From positions 731,069-795,068 of the forward strand of contig NIVC01000199.1 of assembly GCA_002269645.1 (NCBI GenBank): 64,000 nucleotides of DNA, written 5' to 3'. The stretch comes from Macrostomum lignano (Eukaryota). Positions 11,293 to 25,234 of this stretch are shown piece after piece; position 1 is the stretch's first letter, and every line of letters starts with the position of its first letter. Below the pieces are notes generated by a model. That model worked only from the letters and a program-made list of their open reading frames with translations. It ran no database searches and was not told the origin of the DNA. The translations under genes were made by a program, and so were the position numbers.

Positions 11293-12909
11293 CCGGTTTT
11301 TAACTATCTATGCAGCCATTTTTGCATTCTAGTAAAAGCCTTAGAAGCTGTTAAGGCTCGCGTTTTCCCCATAATTTACTCCATAAATCCCGGATACTCA
11401 AACAGGAGGGAGGCTTGCTTGCACTTGAATGAAATCTACTTATATCTGAAGTGTGGCTTGTTGCGAGCGTAATTAAGAGTTCAAGACGTCATTTCGGCTA
11501 GTTACCTGCCTGGGTTGGAAAATCGCATCAGGAAATTCAAATTATGCAGAAAAATAGTTGAAAATAAGGTCAACTCGATTGAGCTTCTTATAGCTTTACT
11601 AGTTTTAGAGAATTAACAAACAAGCCAGCCATGGAATACTAAAACTTAGGCATCGGGAAATGAAATCAACTTCAACGTCCCAAAGAAACTTCTGACTGCT
11701 ATTCATTCTGCAATTAAGAATGAAAAAAAGTCAAAAATGTTCTGTCAGTTTAACGCGGTGAAGTAAAAACAGTTTTAACATGCAGGTTAAACCAGAGAGT
11801 TTTTACGCGAACAGTTTGTTCCTCAATCCGAGTCTGCATCAACTGCCTACAATCCGGACACTTATGTCTAGTAATCCATGCCGCACATCGCAAACTCGCT
11901 TTGTCAAAAGCACAATTTTTTAATGCCTTCTTCCCCCCCCCCCCTGTTCCTTCCTGTCTTTAACCTGCGGTGTCCCCCTTTTAGCTAAGCAGAAGAGCAT
12001 TAGGAACCCGCCGTGATGATAATAAAGTAGTGACTCAAAATAATAGTGCAATAGTATAGTAATAAAAGTATCATAATACAACAATACGATGCTTGGTTAA
12101 CCATGAAATGATTAATCGATATATTTACAGTATACTAAACAGTCAGCCAAGTTAGTTACAGTAGAAAAATTCCTTGAGCTTCTCTGTGTAAGAATGAGGA
12201 GTCAATAGAAAGAATTGACACTTTGTTCAAGCCGTGTGTAATAAATAAGTGCGTGAATTTGTTCCTGACGGGTAGTGGATGGTTTTAAATTAGTGACTGA
12301 GTGAGTCACCTGGTTCTCCACTGAACTCTAAACTGTAATAATTCCCTTAATTCTCCAATGAAATCTATGGTCATCTGATCAACCCTATTCTATCAACCCA
12401 TCTGTCGGTGGCCCCCAGCGGTGAAAATGTCACTACACAGCTAACTCGTGGGACAAAATGATTGATAAACTGGCTTTTCTATTGAACCTGGATTCTACAA
12501 TATTATAAATGTCCTCCGTAGCGTGAGTTGAGGGACTTGCCTCAATGGCGGCGTAGTTTGCTAATCAGGAAATTCAGGTCCCCAGCCAACAAATAGTGGA
12601 GCAGGCCAATGCGCCGGAGATGGGATGCGGAGGCTACTCTCGTATCGAAATCCAAGCTGAATTATTCAATAACAAGATGGAGAAAATAGCCAGGCTCCGG
12701 CTTCAGTGCCCCAGCTGCTGTGTATGTAACTATTTTAGTGACAGTGCTGTCAACGCCATGTAGGTAGGTCCTTGAGCTCTTGTATCCTCGAATTTCTCAT
12801 CCTCGAGTCTGTTGATACATGTACTGCGAACTGTGAGGTTTTGAAGGAGCATTATTAATTTACTAATGATTTATAATTTTACAGTGTCCTTACTGTGGGC
12901 ACCCGCTCC

Positions 12910-13700
12910 TTCTTCGAGGTCCTCATTGTGGGTCTCCTTGAGATCTTCATTGTGATCTATTTCTCTTCGAGGTCCTCATTGTGTGTCTCTACTAGCTCGG
13001 GGTCCTCATTGTAGGCCTCTATCTCCTCGAGGTCCTCATTGTGGGTCTCAACCTCATTGAGATCTTCATTGTAGACCTATTTCTCTTCTAGATCCTCATT
13101 GAGGGTCTCTCTACTAGCTCGGGATTCTGATTTTAGGCCCCTACCTCCTCGAGGTCCTCATTGGGGTCTTTACCTCCTTGAGATCTTTATTGTGGATCTA
13201 TTTCTCTTCGAGATCCTCATTGTGGATCTATTTCTCTTCGAGATCCTCATTGTGGATCTATTTCTCTTCGAGGTCCTCATTGTGGGTCTTTACCTCCTTG
13301 AGATCTTTATTGTGGATCTATTTCTCTTCGAGGTCCTCATTGTGGATCTATTTCTCTTCGAGGTCCTCATTGTGGGTCTTTACCTCCTTGAGATCTTTAT
13401 TGTGGATCTATTTCTCTTCGAGGTCCTCATTGTGGATCTATTTCTCTTCGAGGCCCTCATTGTGGATCTCTCTACTAGCTCGGGGTCCTGATTGTAGGCC
13501 TCTACCTTCCAAGTCCTCATTGTAGGCGTCTACCTTCCAAGTCCTCATTGTAGGCGTCTACCTTCCAAGTCCTCACTGTAGGCCTCTACCTCGTCGAGGT
13601 CCTCATTGTGGGTCTATACTAGCTCGAGGTCCTCATTGTGTAGGCCTCTATCTCCTAAGTCCTTATTGTAGGCTACTCCCTCTTCGAGGTCCTTATTATG
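12910..13700. repeat. Degenerate 30-bp tandem repeat (TTTCTCTTCGAGGTCCTCATTGTGGATCTA)n
   Basis: Directly visible, intron 1. Confidence 0.9.
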
Positions 13701-14389
13701 GGTCTCTACCCATTCCCTACGTTCCTCATTGCAAAATGTTGCTACACTAAACCACATTTCTAAAGACGTTAGTCTTGCAACAACATTTATCTGCCTTCCA
13801 TAGATTGCTTTCTTTGAGGTTTGTTCGCCATCTTTTTGTTTCATGGTCTCTCCCCTAATATCGTCCCATTGTTTCCAGTTGCCAGCTCGCCATCAGGGTA
13901 AAAATAACGGAGAGCTTCTTTGTTTTTTATCCTCAGAATTTTTGCCCTGCTTTCTTCTCCCACTGAGTAAGCGAGATTGGTGACTCGTCGTGTAAATGGG
14001 CCAACAACTGTTTGCTCGTGATTGACACCGGAGGTTTCTCAGCTTTAGGCGTGAAGAAATATAACCATATAGCCATTGTGCGCCCCATTGATGCCCTCGC
14101 ATCCTGTTTTGGGATAAGTTGGGGCAGTGATCCATCGATTTAAGGCGAGCTCCCCGGCTCAATATCGCAGCACTCTACTGCGACGTGCTTGTCAAGGGGA
14201 GTTGAAACTCAAAACTAGTGCAGCGATGCCTTTGATTGACAAGCAAAAACTGCAGATCGGAACAAGCGGTGTCTTTTCATTGTTTGCAGACTCAGTGCTT
14301 TCTTACGTGCAACAAAAGCTTTAAAAGAGTTGAAGAAAGCTGCTGTGCATGTGTCTGTCTGTGCGTACTGTCTATCTGCCTGCCTGTCT

Positions 14390-14870
14390 GTATTACTGTC
14401 TGCCATAGTGTCTGTCCCAGTGTCTATCCTAGTGTCTGTCCTAGTATCTGTCCGAGTGTCTGTCGTAGTGTCTATCCTAGTGTCTGTCCTAGTATCTGTC
14501 CGAGTGTCTGTCGTAGTGTCTATCCTAGTGTCTGTCCTAGTATCTGTCCTAGTGTCTGTCCCAGTGTCTGTCCTAGTGTCTGTCCTAGTGTCTGTGCTAG
14601 TGTCTGTCCTAGTGTCTGTCCTAGTGTCTGTGCTAGTGTCTGTCTTAGTGTCTGTCCTAGTGTCTGTGCTAGTGTCTGTCCTAGTGTCTGTCCTAGTGTC
14701 TGTGCTAGTGTCTGTCTTAGTGTCTGTCCTAGTGTCTGTGCTAGTGTCTGTCCTAGTGTCTGTCCTAGTGTCTGTCCTTATCCTAGTGTCTGTCCTAGTA
14801 TCTGTCCTAGTGTCTGTGCTAGTGTCTGTCCTAGTGTCTGTCCTAGTGTCTGTCCTAGTGTCTGTCTGTC
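14390..14870. repeat. 12-bp tandem repeat (CTAGTGTCTGTC)n
   Basis: Directly visible, intron 1. Confidence 0.95.
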
Positions 14871-15554
14871 TGCCTGTCTCAGCGCCTGTCCGTAGCGCGG
14901 ATCTCAACTAACACAGAGGTCAAATATTTGCCCAAAAAGCGAGCAGTGGACTCCCTCACCAGACCCCAGCCCCGGCTCCTATAATCTCTCATTCCAGCCC
15001 GAATCAATCGCGATTCGAACTGCTTTAGGAATCATTCTTGAGCGAGTTTTTTCTCCCAATCTCCTCTCCCATACCTCTATCTCCTGTCTACATATAAACA
15101 GTATATTATATATAAGTACATTCGCGGTGCATTTTCATTTACCCGCCAACGCTTTTCCTATGCTTCGTCGCCTTGAGGAATAAGGGAAGCTGGCACCGCT
15201 GGCCCCTCGAGAGAAGAAATGAGAGAGCAGGGAGCGCCAGGACTTGGGGATTCCTCATTCCCCAGTCCCTTTTGCAGCTTAATCCCCTCCGGTCTCCTTT
15301 CTCGGGGCGCGGACTGCTTCATCCAGACAATTGTTGAAGACCTTCAGGGCGTCTTAGCTCGCTACCCTGCTGTAGCTCGTATAATAAGGCATTAGACAGC
15401 TTTTTATCAATGTCAACCTGATATTTGCGTGCCTTTTTGGCTGGCTCTCTTTACCTGATTGCAGCATTTGCATCTTTTCTGCTTTTACAACAATCCTCGC
15501 ACTGTTTACTTTGTTTTACTTTGTATTAATATTTATAAATTGGTCTGTAGCCAT

Positions 15555-16920
15555 CTCCATCCCTCACTATCTGCCTCTGTCCCTCACTATCTGTCTCTGT
15601 CCCTCAGTATCTGTCTCTGTCCCTCAGTATCTGTCTCTGTCCCTCAGTATCTGTCTCTGTCCCTCAGTATCTGTCTCTGTCCCTCAGTATCTGTCTCTGT
15701 CCCTCAGTATCTGTCTCTGTCCCTCAGTATCTGTCTCTGTCCCTCAGTATCTGTCTCTATCCCTCACTATCTGTCTCTATCCCTCACTATCTGTCTCTAT
15801 CCCTCACTATCTGTCTCTGTCCCTCAGTATCTGTCTCTATCCCTCACTATCTGTCTCTGTCCCTCAGTATCTGTCTCTGTCCCTCAGTATCTGTCTCTGT
15901 CCCTCACTATCTGTCTCTGTCCCTCAGTATCTGTCTCTGTCCCTCAGTATCTGTCTCTGTCCCTCAGTATCTGTCTCTGTCCCTCAGTATCTGTCTCAAT
16001 CCCTCAGTATCTGTCTCTGTCCCTCAGTATCTGTCTCTGTCCCTCAGTATCTGTCTCTGTCCCTCACTATCTGTCTCAATCCCTCAGTATCTGTCTCTGT
16101 CCCTCAGTATCTGTCTCTGTCCCTCAGTATCTGTCTCAATCCCTCAGTATCTGTCTCAATCCCTCAGTATCTGTCTCTGTCCCTCAGTATCTGTCTCTGT
16201 CCCTCAGTATCTGTCTCTGTCCCTCAGTATCTGTCTCTATCCCTCAGTATCTGTCTCAATCCCTCAGTATCTGTCTCTGTCCCTCAGTATCTGTCTCTGT
16301 CCCTCAGTATCTGTCTCTATCCCTCAGTATCTGTCTCTATCCCTCAGTATCTGTCTCAATCCCTCAGTATCTGTCTCTGTCCCTCAGTATCTGTCTCAAT
16401 CACTCAGTATCTGTCTCTGTCCCTCAGTATCTGTCTCTATCCCTCAGTATCTGTCTCTGTCCCTCACTATCTGTCTCAATCCCTCAGTATCTGTCTCTGT
16501 CCCTCAGTATCTGTCTCTGTCCCTCAGTATCTGTCTCTATCCCTCAGTATCTGTCTCAATCACTCAGTATCTGTCTCTGTCCCTCAGTATCTGTCTCTGT
16601 CCCTCAGTATCTGTCTCTATCCCTCAGTATCTGTCTCTGTCCCTCAGTATCTGTCTCTATCCCTCAGTATCTGTCTCTGTCCCTCAGTATCTGTCTCTAT
16701 CCCTCACTATCTGTCTCTATCCCTCACTAACTGTCTCTGTCCATCAGTATCTGTCTCTGTCCCTCACTATCTGTCTCTATCCCTCAGTATCTGTCTCTAT
16801 CCCTCAGTATCTGTCTCTATCCCTCACTATCCGTCTCTATCCATCTCTATCCGTCTCTATCCCTCACTATCCGTCTCTATCCCTCACTATCCGTCTCTAT
16901 CCCTCACTATCTGTCTCTAT
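15555..16920. repeat. 20-bp tandem repeat (CCCTCAGTATCTGTCTCTGT)n
   Basis: Directly visible, intron 1. Confidence 0.95.
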
Positions 16921-17344
16921 TCGTCTCAATCTGTTCATATCAATCTCGACCCATGCGTCAATTCCTCTAAATTGATTTCTATTATTCTCTTTAGTCTCTA
17001 TGCTCTAGGCTTCTTTTCTATCGGTGTCTATCCGACTGAATTATGCTATCATTCTTTATTCCCACGTATCTAAGTCCGCCTGTCTTTTTTTTATATTTTG
17101 TTAGAAACTCAACTAAACTGCAGACGCGCTCCCAGTCTTTAAAGTACCATGTCCTCTCGTTGGCAGTGTGGGATAAAAGTGTAAGCATCGCTGTAAAATT
17201 TTCCCGAACTGGATTGAAAGGCAACAATGCAACTTAAGGATTTTTTTGCGAAAGAGAACCGGCCTCTTCAAAGCAAAACTAGAGCACCTCTAGTCGCGGT
17301 TCGGTAGGTACAATGTTCAATGGCTGTTCGAAATTAGGGTAAAC

Positions 17345-18320
17345 TTGTGATCCTGAAGTTCAGCTTGTGACTCCTGAAATTCAGTTTGTGACTCCTGAAG
17401 TTAAGTTTGTGACTCCTGATGTTCAGCTTGTGACTCCTGAAGTTCAGCTTGTGACTCCTGAACTTAAGCTTGTGACTCCTGAAGTTAAGCTTCTGACTCC
17501 TGAAGTTCAGCTTGTGACTCCTGAAGTTAAGCTTGTGACTCCTGAAGTTCAGCTTGTGACTCCTGAAGTTAAGCTTGTGACTCCTGAAGTTAAGTAGCTG
17601 TGACTCCTGAAGTTCAGTAGCTGTGACTCTTGAATTTCAGCAATTGTGACTCCTGAAGTTAAGCTTGTGACTCCTGAAGTTAAGCTTGTGACTCCTGAAC
17701 TTAAGCTTGTGACTCCTGGAGTTCAGCTTGTGACCCCTGAAATTCAGCTTATGACTTCTGAAGTTAAGCTTGTGACTCCTGAAGTTCAGCAATTGTGACT
17801 CCTGAAGTTAAGCTTGTGACTCCTGAACTTAAGCTTGTGACTCCTGGAGTTCAGCTTGTGACCCCTGAAATTCAGCTTATGACTTCTGAAGTTAAGCTTG
17901 TGACTCCTGAAGTTAAGCTTGTGACTCCTGGAGTTCAGCTTGTGACTCCTGGAGTTCAGCTTGTGACTCCTGAACTTAAGCTTGTGACTCCTGGAGTTCA
18001 GCTTGTGACCCCTGAAATTCAGCTTATGACTTCTGAAGTTAAGCTTGTGACTCCTGAAGTTAAGCTTGTGACTCCTGGAGTTCAGCTTGTGACTCCTGGA
18101 GTTCAGCTTGTGACTCCTGAACTTAAGCTTGTGACTCCTGGAGTTCAGCTTGTGACCCCTGAAATTCAGCTTATGACTTCTGAAGTTAAGCTTGTGACTC
18201 CTGAAGTTAAGCTTGTGACTCCTGGAGTTCAGCTTGTGACTCCTGGAGTTCAGCTTGTGACTCCTGGAGTTCAGCAATTGTGACTCCTGAAGTTCAGGTT
18301 GTGACTCCTGAAGTTTAGCT
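17345..18320. repeat. 21-bp tandem repeat (TGTGACTCCTGAAGTTAAGCT)n
   Basis: Directly visible, intron 1. Confidence 0.95.
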
Positions 18321-18938
18321 ACGCCCGAGAGTTTAATTTACATAGCAACCCTGAAGCGCTCCATACAAAGCCACTGAAGTTCAGTCAGCGCTGCTGACAC
18401 TCCAATACTGCATCAGCATCGCTGACCAACAAGCAAGTGGGGAAAAAACCTAATCGAGCGATCGAGTTCCCATCCAGCAACCTCCCCATCCCCTCTCTCC
18501 GACCTCGCCTCCGGCGCCAATCGAGGATGGTCAGGCAGGCAATTTGGGCTGCCAGGGGGTTGCCAAAGTCAAGAAGCTGGAAAATCCTGCTTAGGGATCG
18601 GCTGAATTTCACGCGAATGGATTAGGGATATGCGCTGGAATATCGCATTAACTAGCTCGACCGCTGGCCCAAGCCTCCCCTGGGGGATCCGGGAGGAGCA
18701 GTTCTCATCCGCTCCGACAGTTCGGTTTGATTGCTACTGAAGGGCGGCCTATGCCGTGTGTATTAATATATCGTTAATGCTGTACACGACCGCCTGCGCT
18801 GCATCCCGGATCCGCATTTCTACTGACCTCATCGCTATGCTTATTTTTCGGCCAAGCAATTTAGCAGCCCCAGACTCCAGTAGATTAGCACTTGCAGATT
18901 ACAGCAGATTTGCCGAGCTCAAGTGCGGGAATTGCAGC

Positions 18939-19500
18939 ACTGACTGACTGACTGACTGACTGACTGACTGACTGACTGACTGACTGACTGACTGACTGAC
19001 TGACTGACTGACTGACTGACTGACTGACTGACTGACTGACTGACTGACTGACTGACTGACTGACTGACTGACTGACTGACTGACTGACTGACTGACTGAC
19101 TGACTGACTGACTGACTGACTGACTGACTGACTGACTGACTGACTGACTGACTGACTGACTGACTGACTGACTGACTGACTGACTGACTGACTGACTGAC
19201 TGACTGACTGACTGACTGACTGACTGACTGACTGACTGACTGACTGACTGACTGACTGACTGACTGACTGACTGACTGACTGACTGACTGACTGACTGAC
19301 TGACTGACTGACTGACTGACTGACTGACTGACTGACTGACTGACTGACTGACTGACTGACTGACTGACTGACTGACTGACTGACTGACTGACTGACTGAC
19401 TGACTGACTGACTGACTGACTGACTGACTGACTGACTGACTGACTGACTGACTGACTGACTGACTGACTGGCTGGCTGACTGACTGACTGACTGACTGAC
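18939..19500. repeat. (ACTG)n microsatellite
   Basis: Directly visible. Confidence 0.98.
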
Positions 19501-20235
19501 TTAGTTCGCGACTACTAAAATATTTTGTGGCCAACTATGATATTTTGGGCGCCTCTGACGCCTCTTATTTGAAAACCCAAAATTCAAGCCAGATTCCATA
19601 AGTCGACGTCTAGCAGCAGAGATGTTAGCATCGTCATTTCAAGAGCCTCTGCTCAGGCTGAGGCAAAAAAATGTATTTTTAGCGACGTCCCCAGAAGGGC
19701 ATAAGTACGAATTATTCGTCCTTGACGCTAGCTTAGTGTTGAAGTCCCTTTTAAAGGCACTATTAAAGAGGGCCAGACACAGCTGAGAAGTGGCGCAAGG
19801 TGAAGACTCGTTTGATTCTTTTCTCAGCAAGGCAGGCTGATTTTGTGGGGCTGCAGGGGGGCACTTCATCTTGCAGTGCTGCAGTTGCACGTCGTGCTGC
19901 ATGTTGACGAAAGATGGGGAGAGTTTGAAAGTGGCTCATTTCATTTTTGGAAAAGCCTTGCAGTGAAATTCTGTCTATCGCCCTCTCCACTCGCTCCGCA
20001 TTTGCTGAGCACCCCAGTTGCGTGTTCTGCTGAAGCAGAGCATTTGACTCAATCAGATCTGCATTTCAGCGTTTCTTATAGTGGCCATGCACAGTTGAAT
20101 GCTCCGGAGGGCCGAGAGGAAGTGCTGGATTTCCTCTGGGGGCCGTGCAGAGGACACACTTTTTCATTTTGGTGGGCCTAACGATGCAAAGTGTTGCAAA
20201 AACTTGCTTGTGAACCCGTGCTGAGTCATCTGAGC

Positions 20236-20873
<638 letters not shown>

Positions 20874-21359
20874 GTACTTTTAATCAAACTGAGGTGAAGT
20901 CAGTGGTGGGGCTTCGAATTCAAAGAGAGCTATTGTAGTAAGCGAGCTGTTTCACTGCTGCGTCTCAAAGTGGATGCTTCCAACTTGATCTGACAGGTGG
21001 GACACGGAGTCTTGACTCTGGAGTGGTTGCCCCATTCCCCACTGTTTCACAAAATTCTCTATTAGCCAAGCTGCCTGAGCACTAGCTGGCTGCTCAAAGA
21101 GGGCATTTATTTTGCTGCAGGCTTCTTTTTGCAAATTCCTTTTTTCGCTTCTAGTCTCATAAGCCGGAGTCTTAAATGCTCTTTGCCATGGGGAGACGCC
21201 GCGCTTCCTGCACACGAGATGCATGACTGACTCACGGCATGTCTCAGAAGCACCCGGATCCGCTGTCTGCTTCATTCATCCGCTTTGACATTTTGTAACT
21301 AATTTAACGTGCAACGGGACAGGCAGTCTTGTGATTTTTTTCTAAATAGATGCCCGCCT

Positions 21360-21836
21360 GTCTGCCTCTCTGGTTGTCTTAGTGTCTGGTTGTCTTAGTG
21401 TCTGGTTGTCTCAGTGTCTGTTTGTCTTAGTGTCTGGTTATTTTGGTGTCTGGTTGTCTTAGTGTCTGGTTGTTTCAGTGTCTGTTTGTCTCAGTGTCTG
21501 TTTGTCTCAGTGTCTGTTTGTCTCAGTGTCTGTTTGTCTCAGTGTCTGTTTGTCTCAGTGTCTGTTTGTCTCAGTGTCTGTTTGTCTCAGTGTCTGGTTG
21601 TCTCAGTGTCTGGTTGTCTCAGTGTCTGTTTGTCTCAGTGTCTGATTGTCTCAGTGTCTGTTTGTCTCAGTGGCTGGTTGTCTCAGTGTCTGTTTGTCTC
21701 AGTGTCTGTTTGTCTCAGTGTCTGTTTGTCTCAGTGTCTGTTTGTCTCAGTGGCTGGTTGTCTCAGTGTCTGTTTGTCTCAGTGTCTGTTTGTCTCAGTG
21801 TCTGGTTGTCTTAGTGTCTGATTGTCTCAGTGTGTG
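21360..21836. repeat. 16-bp tandem repeat (TCTCAGTGTCTGTTTG)n abutting the exon 2 acceptor
   Basis: Directly visible. Confidence 0.95.
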
Positions 21837-21856
21837 TCTTCCACCTCCACTCGCAG

Positions 21857-22135
21857 TGCCCCCGGTCATCCGGTCACAGCTTCCGTCAGCGCCCCTGTCG
21901 CTGCGGCCGCGGTCACGACTGAGCCTGGCCTGCGAGGCGGACGGCCGACCGCAGCCCGACACGGTCTGGCTCCACAATGGCCGCGATTGGCTGCCGAGAG
22001 GCCCCGCAGCTGCGAGCGCCGCTTCCGGCGAGCTCGTGATTGAAGCGGTGGAGCACCGAGACGCTGGCCTGTACGAATGTCTGGCCAGGAACCGGGTTGG
22101 AGAGGACAGGGCGCAGGTTACCGTCATTGTGACTG
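21857..22135 (+). CDS. IGSF9: Turtle/IGSF9-like exon 2 (Ig2)
   Basis: CGCAG| acceptor, |GTAAG donor, phase 1/1; [39 protein letters not shown]. Confidence 0.85.
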
Positions 22136-22174
22136 GTAAGATTCTGTCTATATCCCACCGATCTGTGTCTATAT

Positions 22175-22228
22175 CAAGGACCACAAAAAGTTACCGTTGT
22201 ATACAACCGTAACTTGTAGTGGTCCTTG
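22175..22228. mobile_element. 54-bp palindromic mini-MITE with CAAGGACCAC TIR and 8-bp TSD GTCTATAT, inserted in a 21-bp tandem repeat (22142-22345)
   Basis: CAAGGACCAC...GTGGTCCTTG termini; internal hairpin centred on GTTGTATACAAC; GTCTATAT at 22167-22174 and 22229-22236. Confidence 0.75.
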
Positions 22229-22396
22229 GTCTATATCTCACCGATCTGTGTCTATATCCCACCAATCTGTGTCTATATTTCACCAATCTGTGTCTATATC
22301 TCACCGATCTGTGTCTATATCTCACCAATCTGTATCTATATCTTATCGAATCTGCAACAACCGTGCGTAAGAAGCCGCTGCCTTTCCCAACTGTAG

Positions 22397-23017
22397 GCGA
22401 CATGTACATCAAAGTAGCGCCGGAGAATGTCACAAAAAAACTAAGCGAACGTCTCGAACTGCCCTGCTTAGCAACGGCAGCAACGCAGACCGGCCTCCTG
22501 AGTGACGTCACCAGTGATGACGTCACCTATCTGTGGCTTCAGAACGGGCGAGACGTGCAACTAGTGGAGTCCCTCAGACACCGATACTTCATCGAGAACG
22601 GCACTCTGACCCTGACTTCTTTGGCCAGAGACGACTCTGGTTGGTACCGATGCGTGGCTGTTGCTGGGGAACCTGGTCGCCATGGAAACAACCGGTCAGA
22701 GTCCACTAATCCGCCTCAGGCCAGCGCTTACGTTGACGTGGTCTATCCGCCAATGTTTGAGGCCAGCGAGCGGCGGTCGCAGTTTCTGTTGGAAGGCGTT
22801 GTTGGCTTCGTCAACTGCCCGGTGCTGGCGAACCCGCCCATCACGGAGATGCAGTGGACGCACAATTTCACTCCGGCTGGCAACAACAGCCAGCTCGCTC
22901 CGGCTAGATATCGGATTGAAAGTGTTCGACAGTCGCATTCCGGAGTCTGGATGTGCCGCTGCTTTAACCGGCTTGGGTGGGGAGACTGGAGCCCCGAGCT
23001 GAAGGTGGCAGTGCAGG
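22397..23017 (+). CDS. IGSF9: Turtle/IGSF9-like exon 3 (Ig3 + Ig4)
   Basis: TGTAG| acceptor, |GTGAGT donor; LPC..YLWLQNG..DSGWYRC; VYPP..VNCPVLANPP..QWTHN..SGVWMCRCFNRLG. Confidence 0.85.
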
Positions 23018-23104
23018 GTGAGTGGGAATTTAGTTTGGACTAATTTGCATAATCATAAGCTGTAAAACCAAATCATATGTCAAAAATCATGTAGCAACGT
23101 AGTA

Positions 23105-23530
23105 GTTTCCATCTACCAGTAAGGTGGGAACTCAATCTACCAGGTACATGGGCATTTGATCTACCAGGTAGATGGGTATTCAATTTATCAGGTAGATGGG
23201 TATTCAATCTATCAGGTAGATGGGTATTCAATCTATCAGGTAGATGGGTGTTTGATCTACCAGGTAGATGGTTATTTGATCTACCAGATAGATGGGTATT
23301 TAATCTACCAGGTAGATGGGTATTTGATCTGCCAGTTAGATGGGTATTTGATCTGCCAGTTAGATGGGTATTTGATCTGCCAGTTAGATGGGTATTTGAT
23401 CTACCAGATAGATGGGTATTTGATCTGCCAGGTAGATGGGTATTCAATCTTGCTGGTAGATGGGTATTTGATCCACCAGGTAGATAGGTATTCAATCTAG
23501 CTGGTAGATAGGGTACTCAATCTACCAGTT
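23105..23530. repeat. 24-bp tandem repeat (TTTGATCTACCAGGTAGATGGGTA)n with near-palindromic core
   Basis: Directly visible, intron 3. Confidence 0.9.
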
Positions 23531-23890
23531 TAGCTTATTGGATTAAGACAAGCTTAAAATCCTGTCGAAACTCGGAGTAAAGTTTGGGATTTTTTTAACA
23601 AAACGAGAAGACAATCTGTCATCTTATTGGATTAAGCTGTCAATAAATTTGTTTTAACATACGAGGTATTAACTGCAGGCTGTTTTGATTGACAGGCCGA
23701 GAACTTCTAATGGAAAATTTTGTCAGTAAAACAGTTGTATTGAAGTAAATTTCATTTGGACTTTCGATGGATAGCTTCATCATATTATAATAATTTTAGG
23801 GGGGCTCCTGAGCACAGACGCTCGTACGAGTACAAGCGCGGCAATACTGTACGCAGTCACGCACTCATACACCGCTCACACAGGGTGTGC

Positions 23891-24520
23891 AATTCAAGTC
23901 ACATTAATTCCAGTCACATCAATTCCAGTCACATCAATTCCAGTCGCATCAATTCCAGTCACATCAATTCCTGTCACATCAATTCCAGTCACATCAATTC
24001 CTGTCACATCAATTCCAGTCACATCAATTCCAGTCACATCAATTCCAGTCGCATCAATTCCAGTCACATCAATTTCAGTCACATCAATTCCAGTCACATC
24101 AATTCCAGTCACATCAATTCCAGTCACATCAATTCCAGTCACATCAATTCCAGTCACATCAATTCCAGTCACATCAATTCCAGTCACATCAATTCCAGTC
24201 ACATCAATTCCTGTCACATCAATTCCAGTCACATCAATTCCAGTCACATCAATTCCAGTCACATCAATTCCAGTCACATCAATTCCAGTCACATCAATTC
24301 CAGTCACATCAATTCCAGTCACATCAATTCCAGTCACATCAATTCCAGTCACATCAATTCCAGTCACATCAATTCCAGTCACATCAATTCCAGTCACAAC
24401 AATTCCAGCCACAACAATTCCTGTCACAACAATTCCAGTCACATCAATTCCAGTCACATCAATTCCAGTCACATCAATTCCAGTCACATCAATTCCATTC
24501 ACATCAATTCCAGTCACATA
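23891..24520. repeat. 15-bp tandem repeat (AATTCCAGTCACATC)n
   Basis: Directly visible, intron 3. Confidence 0.95.
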
Positions 24521-24640
24521 ACTGCAAATCTCATATGTGTATTTAAAACATCATAGCGAAAATCTTTAGGAAAATTCAATTTTCCTTCCAGTTATTCGAT
24601 TAAATTTGTTATACTTCAAACTATCCCGGAACATAACCAG

Positions 24641-25118
24641 GCGCTCGCAGCACAGTCCGTCAGTCAACCACTCTGGTTCAGCAGCTGGTCGGATCAAGCG
24701 CGATTTTATTCTGCGACGTCGATAAGCTGGGCATCCTGTCCGCCAGCACAGCTTATTGGTACAAAAATGGTCGGCAACTGAAGCCACTACCACAACCTGC
24801 GCCGAGACTTCACAGTCCACCATCTGGGAGGTTAAGTCGAGTTCGTTTAGCAAATGGCGGTCTCAGAATTGACAAGCTCAAACCAGGACATTCTGGCAGC
24901 TACGAGTGCGCGGTTAATAACAGTTTGACTCGGCTGGCTTCCGTTGTGAGACTGCTAGTTGAGCAGCACCCGGTTCGAGCTCCATCAAATCTGACAGCCA
25001 ATGCGATTGGACCAACTGCCATTCAGCTGACTTGGCTGCCCGGTTACGACAAAGGTCGTCGCCTTGGTTACACAGTTTGGTACAGGTTGAGCGAGACGGT
25101 GCGATGGAGTACTGTCAG
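24641..25118 (+). CDS. IGSF9: Turtle/IGSF9-like exon 4 (Ig5 + start of FN3-1)
   Basis: LFC..YWYKNG..SGSYECAVNN; APSNLTANAIGPTAIQLTWLPGYDKG..YTVWYR resembles Turtle FN3; donor AG|GTGCGT, phase 2. Acceptor 24641 is preferred; 24656 is also phase-compatible. Confidence 0.8.
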
Positions 25119-25234
25119 GTGCGTCGTGTCTTGTCTGACATTCTGATGATGGAAAACATTATTTGTTTGGTGATAGTTCCTTTCTTGTATACGTATGTGC
25201 ATTAGAACCTAAATCTAAGTAAGCATGAAAGTGA

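Noticed and set aside
15459-18283. Long repeat ORFs (SLSICL.., TPEVKLV heptads resembling a CTD)
   Set aside because: 20-bp and 21-bp intronic minisatellites inside intron 1 of the Turtle-like gene; exons 1 and 2 join in phase without them.
23756-24556. SSHIN / TGIDV pentapeptide-repeat ORFs resembling antifreeze or beta-helix proteins
   Set aside because: A 15-bp intronic repeat open on both strands, with no splice or start context.
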